Positions 50,998 to 61,205 of a stretch of DNA of 64,000 bases are shown here, in pieces. How positions within the stretch are numbered: the first letter of the stretch is position 1; each line of letters opens with the position of its first letter. The position numbers were made by a program, and so were the translations under genes. Source of the DNA: Octopus bimaculoides (Eukaryota); NCBI RefSeq assembly GCF_001194135.2, contig NC_069003.1, forward strand, positions 32,022,089 through 32,086,088. Direction: 5' to 3'. Under the pieces are notes generated by a model that had not been told where the DNA came from, ran no database searches, and was given only the letters and a program-made list of their open reading frames with translations.

Positions 50998-53029
50998 NNN
51001 NNNNNNNNNNNNNNNNNNNNNNNNNNNNNNNNNNNNNNNNNNNNNNNNNNNNNNNNNNNNNNNNNNNNNNNNNNNNNNNNNNNNNNNNNNNNNNNNNNNN
51101 NNNNNNNNNNNNNNNNNNNNNNNNNNNNNNNNNNNNNNNNNNNNNNNNNNNNNNNNNNNNNNNNNNNNNNNNNNNNNNNNNNNNNNNNNNNNNNNNNNNN
51201 NNNNNNNNNNNNNNNNNNNNNNNNNNNNNNNNNNNNNNNNNNNNNNNNNNNNNNNNNNNNNNNNNNNNNNNNNNNNNNNNNNNATATATATTTATTACAT
51301 AAGGTAAAACATACAATTTTTAAATGCTATCTATGTAAACTGATTTTCGATATGGTATAAAATACGCTGTTTTCTATATAAGCTAAATATAAAGTTTTAA
51401 AAGGTAGAAACAATAAATTCATTCACTAAAATAGTCATTTTTCTTGTTTTATTTCTTTCTCACTTCACTACAGAGAAAGTGCAAACATTTTGTTCTATTT
51501 TCTGTTGTAATTCTTCAATAAAGTATCTTAAGAAGCTAAAGACAAAATATATATTAAAGTTTCAAAAAGAAACAAAATGTATTGTCTGAGAAGATGACAA
51601 GATAACACACACACACACATGTGTCTGTATATCTATATACACACTTGTTTCATTAAAGTTATTAAAGAAATAAACTAAAAAAATAAATACAACAACAACA
51701 ACAATAATAATAATAATAAAAACATACAATGATGGTAGTAGCTAGCTTTCAAGCAAATTACTTAAACTTTTGAAGTAGAATTAAATTATTGAGACAATAT
51801 ATTATTTATATTGCTCTTATGAAATAAAAATGAATTTAATTTTGAGTTGGAAACTCAACTTCTCTTATCATTCATAATAATAATAATAATAGTGGAGGGG
51901 AACAGTTGAGTATACAAACCTCCCCAGTACTTGATTGGCAATATACTTTAACTATTTCCAGAGGGATGATAGGATAAAGTTGGCCTAGGCAGGATTTGAA
52001 CTCAGAATGTAAAGAGCTGGAACAAATGCTTTGAGGCATTTTTCCAGATGCTCCAACAATCCTACCAATAATAATTCTTTTTAGTCTCAGCACAAGGTCT
52101 GAAATATTTTTGTGGGAAAGGGCTAGTTGATTACATCAACCTCAGAGCTCATCCGGTACTTAATTTATCGACTCTGAAAGGATGAAAAGTAAAGTCAACC
52201 TTGGTGAAATTTGAACCTTGAATGTAAAGAGTTGGAAGAAACATAGCTAAGCTTTTTGTTCAACTTGCTAAGGATTCTACCACTTCACCTTATCTATAAT
52301 TCTTTCTTCTACAGGTATGAGGCCTAAAATTTTTGTGGGGAGGGCCTGATTGATTTACAACAAGCTCAGTGCTTAACTGGTATTTATTTTATTGACCCCA
52401 GAAGGATGAAAGGCAAAGCTGACTCCAAGAGAATTTGAACCCAGGACATAAAAAACTGGAAGAAATACTGCTCAGCATTTTACCTAAAACCTTATCTATA
52501 ATAATCATAATAACAACAATTTCTCTCTCTCTCTCTCTCTCTCTCTCTNNNNNNNNNNNNNNNNNNNNNNNNNNNNNNNNNNNNNNNNNNNNNNNNNNNN
52601 NNNNNNNNNNNNNNNNNNNNNNNNNNNNNNNNNNNNNNNNNNNNNNNNNNNNNNNNNNNNNNNNNNNNNNNNNNNNNNNNNNNNNNNNNNNNNNNNNNNN
52701 NNNNNNNNNNNNNNNNNNNNNNNNNNNNNNNNNNNNNNNNNNNNNNNNNNNNNNNNNNNNNNNNNNNNNNNNNNNNNNNNNNNNNNNNNNNNNNNNNNNN
52801 NNNNNNNNNNNNNNNNNNNNNNNNNNNNNNNNNNNNNNNNNNNNNNNNNNNNNNNNNNNNNNNNNNNNNNNNNNNNNNNNNNNNNNNNNNNNNNNNNNNN
52901 NNNNNNNNNNNNNNNNNNNNNNNNNNNNNNNNNNNNNNNNNNNNNNNNNNNNNNNNNNNNNNNNNNNNNNNNNNNNNNNNNNNNNNNNNNNNNNNNNNNN
53001 NNNNNNNNNNNNNNNNNNNNNNNNNNNNA

Positions 53030-53385
53030 GCAGGAAATGTGGTGTCAAAACAGGAAGTGTGTGTAAGGGGAGACAAATGTTTTTAGTTGGAGTTATGAAC
53101 TCTTTTTCAACAGGAAGTTTATGTCTGTTCCTAGATAAATAAGGTCACTGAGGGGTATGTGTGTTAAGAAATGGTTGGAATTTCTCTATGAAAAGATTCT
53201 CCTTGTTGATTCTTTCTTGTGTGGAGATTCTGTCTTTACATTGATAGAAAGGGAATATAAGGAATTTAGGGTTTTTGTTTCTGGCGCAAGAGTCTATATG
53301 GCCACTGAGTGGAATTTGGCGGTATTGAGGGAAATTTATTTGTTCTTTATGGACTGCTACTCTTCTACACAACGGGAGGCTCGTC
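53030..53385 (-). mobile_element. Penelope-like element 3' end (GIY-YIG endonuclease C-terminal half plus 3' tail)
   Basis: Minus ORF QTSLPLCRRVAVHKEQINFPQYRQIPLSGHIDSCARNKNPKFLIFPFYQC...ERINKENLFIEKFQPFLN* fits the GIY-YIG R..EH..H...E..FI...P.LN pattern; tail 53030-53118 nearly identical to about 36226-36314. Confidence 0.6.
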
Positions 53386-55554
53386 TGTCGGAGAGACCCA
53401 GTCATTTTACCACCAATGCTGGGCAACCTTCACCTGCAGCTGATATCTTTCCGTTTTTAACACTATAAGAGATATTTACTCAAGATGAATACCACAGTTT
53501 AGAAGACCGTCAGTATAGAAACACTTTATGTATGTATACAGTTTGCTAACTTAGAAATTGTTTATTATGAATGGGCATATTTTCATAGGGTTCTGCAAAG
53601 AAAGCATTTTCTTGAAGGTTACATTATTCAAAATTCTGTTTTTCTTTGGTTCCTTTATTACCAAGGGACTTTGGAACTATTGGATGTCTACTCCATTAAA
53701 GGAGCAGAGAAAGGCCTGTTTATTTATTTTTCTTCAAATTTTGGAACGGTTTAAACTTTTGTTTTTGACATTGCAGAATTCACACATCACTGTCTTAGAA
53801 GTGGCAACAAGAACTATTTGTCAAAGTATTGGTTGCACTAATAAGACAAAAAAACAAACCAAAAGCCTTTGCCCCAAACTATTAATTAAATGCACATAAA
53901 ATTTAAACTCTATACTTGCACAGTCCAAGACAAAAAGAAAAACAAAAAGACAAACAAACAAAAACTAGCATTGAAGAAAAATTAACCCTTTTTTAAATAT
54001 ATTTCTGTTGAAATACAGTGCTTTGTTTGGTGTTTGGAACATAGAAAAACATGAAATTTTTGATGGAAGGTTTTAATTTAGATTATTTTAAAGCAAGAAG
54101 TTTGTATCAGAATCATTATCACTTGAAAAAAAAAAAATTTTTTAGTGGTACTTAAAGTGGAGGGAAGTTATGGAAGAGAGAGACCTAGGAAAACATGGGA
54201 CGATCTCAAAACGCTGAGCCTTATGAAGATGACAGAGGATCCAGATATATGGTGCTTTGCTATACTCGAGAAGACCTGCTCACCACAACAGAATTGAGAT
54301 CCTAAAACCAAGGTGCCATGTAAAAAAGCATTCAGTACAATCTGTTAAGAGGTTGGCGTTAGGAAGGGCATCAAGTATAGAAACCAAGCCAAAACAGACT
54401 CTGGAACTTGGTGTGGTGCTTGGCCTTGCCAGCTCCTGTCAGGCTGCCCAATCCATGCCAGCATGGGAAACAGATGTCAGACGTTCATGGATGATCACAA
54501 GAGCCAGAATGCCTTTTATCATCAGAGCTCTACTGAACCATATACACCTGGGTTTAAACCACAACTAAACACACTCTGCCTGTGAACAATGTACAGCTAA
54601 ACTCCTCACACTACTACATATCTATTACCCAACAAATTCTACACGAAGCACTTCATGCCTCTAATGAAATACATAGTTCATATATTTCAATTAATTTTTC
54701 AATAATCAATAATTTAAAGGCATTAAGTAAAATAACTAATTCTCCATTATTAATTAAGCTAGTTTTTAAAAAAATAACTGCACAAAAGATGCCTATATAA
54801 AAATTATCATGGAAAGCTTAAAGCTAAACATAGCATCATTATCATCATCATTTAATGTCTATTTTTCCATGCCTGCATGGGTCAGAATTCTGCTGAAGCA
54901 GATCTCCTATGGCTGTACGCCTTTCCTGTCTGCAACCCTCGTCTGTTTCCAGGTATGGTAATATTTCCTCATGGCCAGTGGTACTTTTCACAAAAGACTA
55001 GAAATGAACAACACTGCATTTATGATGGTGATGCTTGTTTACAACTATCATGTAACATCAAAACAAGGAGACACACACACACACATGCAGGCTGGGGCTC
55101 CACCTTGAAGGGTTTTAGTTAACCAAATCAACTCCAGTACTTATTTTTAAGCCTGGTGCTTATTTTGTCATCTCTTTTGCTGAACTGCTAAATGCAGATG
55201 TAAACAGACAAACACCAGTTGTCAAGCAACTGGGGACAAACATATCACAAAGATACACACAGATCATCATTGTTTAACGATTCTGCCAGCTTGCTGCCTT
55301 GTGTTTGTATAATGTATAAAAGAGGGTTTATAAGCCAAGATATGAGGCCATATAACAGTTTCATTGATTGATCTCACCACATTCTTCTATCTCCATGTGA
55401 AATACATTAGCCACCATATGTATTAGTGGTGTTTAGTGTATCAATAAAGCTGATCAGTTATCTACTTCATTAAATCACAGCTATCAATATTAATCAACAC
55501 CACTATGATGATGTATGGTAATGAGACACAGGTCTTGAAGACTGGAAAGAAACG

Positions 55555-55875
55555 AAGCGAGCATGTTGCTTGATGTGCAATGTTAAGTGTGTGCATAAAC
55601 AACACAGTACGAATGTGCTGAGAGAAAATTAGGCACAAGAGGAATCAGATGCAGTACGCAAGAAGAAGACTGCGTTGGTATGGACATGTGATGTATATGA
55701 ATGAGGACAGTCGTGTGAAGAAGTATTGATCACTGAAAGTGGATGGAGCTTGCAGAAGAGGGTATGAGATAAAGTGAAGGCTGATCTCAGGCTATCAAAC
55801 TTCTCAGAGGAAATGACAAAGGACTCAGATGACTAGTAAAATGAGATTTTTGAGAAGGCTCACCCAACTCAATAA
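55555..55875 (+). mobile_element. RTE-clade LINE 3' fragment
   Basis: Degraded SML.WMCNV...LREKLG.RGIRC....RRLRWYGHVM.MNEDSRVKK...KVDGACRRG. Confidence 0.8.
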
Positions 55876-55914
55876 AATTCTGGAAGCACTGTGTGTGTGT
55901 GTGTATGTACAACT

Positions 55915-56252
55915 GGAACTTTTCTCCAATTTCCTCCGAATGCCTTGCTTCCCAGGGCATAGATACACGGAAGCTCTGACATCTGGCAACTGATTTGGTA
56001 AACACCCACAAAATTGTTAACCATCGTGCTAACAAAAACCTTGAGCACCTTTTTGAGCTCCATGTGTTTAACACATGTGGGCATGCCAACAAAGTCACAA
56101 AACAGCACAGCTCCCATGACTTTCAGAAACATTTTTTCACACTCAGAGTTGCTGAAGCATGGAACAAACTACCTGCATCAGTTGTTAGCTGCCGAGACAT
56201 AGCATCCTTTAAAACTCCCATACTTCCTGAAATTCACCAACACTACACCTGA
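55915..56252 (+). mobile_element. CR1-clade LINE 3' fragment
   Basis: HKIVNH..LFELHVFNTCGHANKVTKQHSSHDFQKHFFTLRVAEAWNKLPASVVSC..IASFK, the classic CR1 ORF2 C-terminus (FF--RV---WN-LP--VV). Confidence 0.85.
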
Positions 56253-58346
56253 TATCCCCACCTCCATATGCATGCACACATGTATATCATGACTTCACTT
56301 CTTGCCATTTGTACATAATTCTATGTACTATACATGCACCTTTGATAAGTTGTAGTGCACCTGAGCACTATACACAACAATTTCGTTATCACTATCAAAC
56401 TCTTACGTAGTTGCTTGACCTGCTAAAACAGAAGCCAAATTTTCTCAAATCATACCTTACTATCTTACAAAAAAAGACGCAATGGATAATGTTAGCCCTC
56501 AATGCACAATACATTAAAAAACAAACTCCGGTTGGTATGGTCAAGGCTGGAACTACTACGATCTTAGGCCTGCTCAATCTGGACTCACCTGGGTCTGAAC
56601 ATTATCTAATCGAACAAACGAGGGCAGCCTCTCTTTTATGCATGGGCAACTTGTAGTCCTTTATTTACGACAGGCACAAAGCGATATGTAAACATACGTT
56701 TTCACTAAAATTTTCTAATATAATCTTTAGGTCCGACTTCGTTAATTTAAACTATTTACATTCTCGGCATAACTAGTCTGGGGGGGGGGGGTAAAACCCT
56801 GTAGTTATGCCACATTCTCTTTCCTTCATTCACTCATACTTTCTCTCAATCATTTTTTAATAATCTGTTTGGTGCATATATAATACAAGGTGTACTTTGT
56901 TAAATTACGATTTTACTAGTGTGATCTCATTTACGACAAGCAATATTTCTCATAAGGTTCATTGTCCCAAAAATGTTGCCAGCTCCTACTCAACTCGCAA
57001 GAAAAAACAGCCAAATCCTTCTCAAATCACACCTTACCTCCATCATCAGACATCGACTACTCTCATCAAATTGAATACTATGGATCGCTCTCATGCTAGC
57101 CTTTGTCAACTAGAGTCAGCTAACCTAGAATGGTACTTTATTTATCGATGTCAAAAGAGACGAAGTTGACCTCGGCGCCATTTGAACTCACGACGCAAAA
57201 AGCATTTCACCCGAAATTTTAACACTTCTGCCAATTTGTCGCCTTACCTACCATCTTTAAAAGAAATGGAAGGACACATTGGATACTGTAGTCTGATACA
57301 TACTGATTCAAAGACAGGATGGTCACAGACACAATACTTTTCATCATAGGTCTACGTGAACGATCAGGGCTGACACGATGCTACTCGCCAAACGAGAAGC
57401 AAAAAAGAACTTTGCACCACTCGAAACTAACGGAGCCTCTATGTAGGTATTCGATCTACTAGAAATAATAACAGATCTTTTTCAAATCACAACCTACAGC
57501 TTTTGAAGATAGATTGAATATGGTCTTAGGCTTCTTGCACGAAGAAAAAGCATGTTTACAGCTGAAATGCTTTTTATCATGTGTTCTATCAGGGCTAACT
57601 AAACAACAAAAACTGATTAAGTTTTGTCAGTTGCAAAGAGACAGTGTTTATTTCAAGAGTATTTTTCGGAATATTTAAGATCGATCCGTTAAATTCAATA
57701 ACAGCTGAACATCACAGCAGCTATACGTAAAACAGACCCGGCATTCTTTCGTTAGAATGCTGCTTCTAACCAAAGAATGCCATAGACCCCATGTGGTTTT
57801 TGTAGAATTGGTTACTTCCAGGCGTAATAATCACGCGATTCACAGATGCGAAAAGAAATGAAAGACCACCGAAATACAAAACCCACGATGAGGAAGGATA
57901 AAAACTATATTTGAATGAGCTGTTGGTGTTGTTCAGCCCCTCGTTAGCTCTCATCGAACCATGGTTCTAGCTATGGCTATCCTGTTTGTTTTATTATTCG
58001 GTTATAGAGTAATCTAGGGTTACATTAGCAAATGCGTGTGTATTTTTGTGTTCTTTTAAAATGATCAGGGTGGTTTGATATGATTTGGAGTAAAATTTGG
58101 TGGCTGCGATTTCTAAACAGGTCCTGCCACCGCTTTTAAAAATGCTTGTTCGTTCCCTCGCTGTTAATTAAATAAAAGATAAAGAGAAAATGGATACAAC
58201 TACGACGGTTAAAACGATAACAAGCATACACGAAGGAAATAAAATCATAGACGACACATTTTTTTCAAATATGCCAACATTAAATTCGATGCTGGTACAG
58301 CGAAATGTCGTGAAGTAAAGCAATAAAGAGACAAAAAGCAACATAC

Positions 58347-58386
58347 GAGCTTCGCTGTCGGTATCACTTCCAAATAGCTCCTCCAT
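58347..58386 (-). CDS. LEO1: LEO1 coding exon 1 (MEELFGSDTDSEA)
   Basis: Matches the conserved LEO1 start M-[ED]-[ED]-LFGSD-DSE; donor C|GTATGT, phase 1. Confidence 0.85.
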
Positions 58387-58406
58387 ATTGGCTATACCGT
58401 ACCGGC

Positions 58407-58416
58407 GTGACGTCAC
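58407..58416. promoter_or_regulatory. CRE/ATF palindrome GTGACGTCAC about 20 nt upstream of the LEO1 ATG, in a CpG-rich patch
   Basis: Perfect TGACGTCA consensus inside a 10-bp palindrome; function inferred only. Confidence 0.5.
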
Positions 58417-58449
58417 ACATCCACCAACTTCCTGTCACCTACAATAAAC

Positions 58450-59080
58450 ATTGTAACTTTTCTTTAATTTATTTTTCCCACTTTAAACTCAAATTAATTT
58501 TAATTTTTTAATTTCTATTAAAAATATAATATGTATATATAAAATAATTATATATTTCTGGTATTTATTGAAATGAAAGATGATAATTTGCTTGTGAATA
58601 TTACGCAAATAGTATTTCAAGTTCTTTCATTTTCTTTTTGTTTTCCATTCTAACTCAATTTAATTTCACTTCAGATTTTTTTTTCATTAAAAATTAATAT
58701 ATTAAAATATTACAAAATATTATATTGGTATTTAGGGAACAAAAGTAATAATATTTACTTACAAATATTATTTCAAGTTTTTTTTTTACCATTCTAACTA
58801 AATTTAATTTTTCGTGTTATTTCTCAGTAAAAGAAAATATAAAATGAAATAAACATTTAAAAATATATTTCTGGTATTTACAGAGCGAAAAATAATGTTT
58901 ACTTGTAAATATTACGCAAATATTGATTTCAATTTTTTTTGTGTGTGTTTTTCCACTCTAACTCACTTTTAATTTTCAATTTTTCATTTTTAATTCTCAT
59001 TAGAAAAAATAAATACATTTCCAAATATATTTTTGTATTTATTGAGTGAAATAGATTTTCTTGTGAATATTATGCAAAGT
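58450..59080. repeat. Degenerate AT-rich tandem repeat, about 4 units of 143-170 bp
   Basis: Anchor tatatttctggtattta at 58551, 58721, 58864, 59026; anchor cca[ct]tctaact at 58478, 58645, 58789, 58953. Confidence 0.75.
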
Positions 59081-59671
59081 ACAATTCACGTGACACAAAC
59101 AAAGCCACATGTACCAGACAGACGGCTGTGTGATATGCTTACTGCTCTTCCGTCAGTGCTCTCAGTAGACGGGCGCACATGTGGAAGTAAGAGAATTTCC
59201 CTTGCTTGAAGAAGGAGGGAAGGGATTTACACATATTTATATTTATATATTGCTCAGACTTGCTGGCCTTTTATTATTTTTTAAAATTCTGTTAGCTTTC
59301 TCACTAGGTACAGCAAGGATCATTCGTGTACAGTTTATATGTATATATATATTATAATCTCTGAAATGAAATCAGTAGGGTATATATAGACTTAGAAGAC
59401 TAGGCTGGAGATCGTAAGAGTACACGAAAGTATTTGTAATATAAATTTAGTAGTGTTGTTAAATGAAAAGTAACCGGTTTTATGTTTATGCTTTAGTTAG
59501 GCCTGCTTAGTTTATATTAATATCTATTATATTTAGTGGCTGCTTTTTGAGTGTGTGAGTGTGTATGCGTGCGTGTTTTATATTCAGTGTTTGTTTTGTT
59601 TGCGGCCAAGTCTATCGGAATGTAACCTCAACGGGGCACCCCACCCTAGCTTAAGCCACAGTCGATCAAAA

Positions 59672-59951
59672 ATGGCGAGTAAAGGTTATATTTCTCGTCT
59701 AATTGCAAAACACAAGTCCACAATTATTAACGATTTGGATGTTTTAAAAGTACTACCCAGGCTTGTACATAAAAGTGTTCTTACAGCTGGCGAAGAGCAC
59801 GAAATAAGTTCGCATGGAGATAGTAAAACTCGTGCAGAAGTATTTTTAGATATCTTGTCTGACAAAGGCGAAACTGCTATGCACGAATTTTGTGTTGGAT
59901 TGGAAGATACCGCCCCGCATTTGTTGACATCGTTTCTTTTGGATAATACAG
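59672..59951 (+). CDS. First coding exon of a CARD (caspase recruitment, death-fold) domain protein; gene continues beyond the window
   Basis: MASKGYISRLIAKHKSTIINDLDVLKVLPRLVHKSVLTAGEEHEI...RAEVFLDILSDKGETAMHEFCVGLEDTAPHLL has the CARD helix pattern (L-ILSDKG--A--EF---L); Kozak-like aaaATGG; donor G|GTAAGT, phase 1. Confidence 0.82.
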
Positions 59952-60099
59952 GTAAGTGCTTATTAATTTTCCCCTTGTTTTTCTGTTTACATGTCCTCCT
60001 ACTTATTTTTCCAGCCCTACTAACAGCACTTGTTGTTGACAAATAAGTAACAAACAGCATTTGGTTGTCAAAGATTAAAAAAAATATATAGTCTTTAGT

Positions 60100-61148
60100 T
60101 GTTGATGTTGTTTAGCCCCCGGTCGACCATGATCGAACAGACCTATTACTGATCAAAGGAGTTCTAGTTGCGACTATACGGCCTTTTAAAGGGTTTTAGA
60201 CATATCAAGAATTGTATATTCTTCCTTGTTAAGTAAGTAGCAGCTAAATCTAGCCTGATCGATCAAACCTATATATAACGATCAGATGCGTTCTAACCGT
60301 GACCACCCCGCTTTAAAAAATTTTATTTCAAACATTTTGCAGTGTCATACATCGACACTGTCCATTGTATTCTTTCTTCCTTGTGTGCTGTTACAAATCT
60401 GGAACTGATCGTGCACACCGATCAATGATCGAAGGTATTCCAGTTATGACCATCCCGCTTAAAAATTATTTCAGATATACTATGACAAGAACTATGTTAC
60501 CCAGTATATCCTATCCTTCGTTGCTTCGTTTAATCCTCCCTGGCCTGATCAAACAGTTCTGTGATCAATGCATTCCAACCGCGACCATCCCGCCTTTAAA
60601 ATGTTTTTAATAAATTTCAGACATACTGAATATATTCTTCCTTGTTTAATCTCAAATCAGCTCTGATCCGTCGGACGTATGATCAACGGCGTTCCAGTAG
60701 TGACCATCACGCTTTTGTTTTAATACTTCGGACGTAGTGTATCTAGAATTATTATATGTATCCCTCCCTGTTCGTTTAGCGCCAGATTTGGCCTGATTGT
60801 ACTGACCTACAGATCAAAGCTATTTCAGTCATGACCATCCCGCCTTTTTCCCTCGGTATAGGCGCACATTATCGATCTTGTTTCAGAGGGTAAGACTGGT
60901 GTGTGACTTGAAAAAGGGACATTTGGCTGCTGTTTCAGACATTTCTGGAAACCACATAGGAGCTCCCTCATTGGCTCGGTTCGTCTTGCGTTGTGTGGCG
61001 CGGAGAAGACGCAATGTAAAAGGGGTTAGCAATTATTAGGTGGGACAAGTCGTTTCTTACTAAATCGTTTACTTTAATTTAACCGTATTGCGCTATTTTT
61101 AAAACCAACAGCGATACTACAAGGTACTTGCATGTACGTGTGTATGTG

Positions 61149-61205
<57 letters not shown>

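Larger units (their letters stand above)
18013..58386 (-). other. LEO1: LEO1 gene span (RNA polymerase II-associated protein LEO1, PAF1 complex); 13 coding exons, 2823 nt, about 940 aa
   Basis: N-terminus MEELFGSDTDSE; Leo1 domain [18 protein letters not shown]...[18 protein letters not shown]...[18 protein letters not shown]...[34 protein letters not shown]...[18 protein letters not shown]; all exon phases join. Confidence 0.96.
58387..59671. promoter_or_regulatory. Probable bidirectional promoter / 5' UTR region between LEO1 (-) and the CARD gene (+)
   Basis: Divergent ATGs about 1.29 kb apart; CpG-retaining patches at both ends; TCACGTGA E-box at 59086-59093. Confidence 0.55.

Noticed and set aside
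53385-53530. HDV-like ctgggcaac and degenerate hammerhead-like gaaga..gaaac next to the Penelope fragment
   Set aside because: Required pseudoknot or core pairings could not be formed by eye; only a short hairpin is present.
57766-57954. 62-aa minus-strand ORF in LEO1 intron 1
   Set aside because: Non-ATG start, no splice signals, no recognisable similarity.
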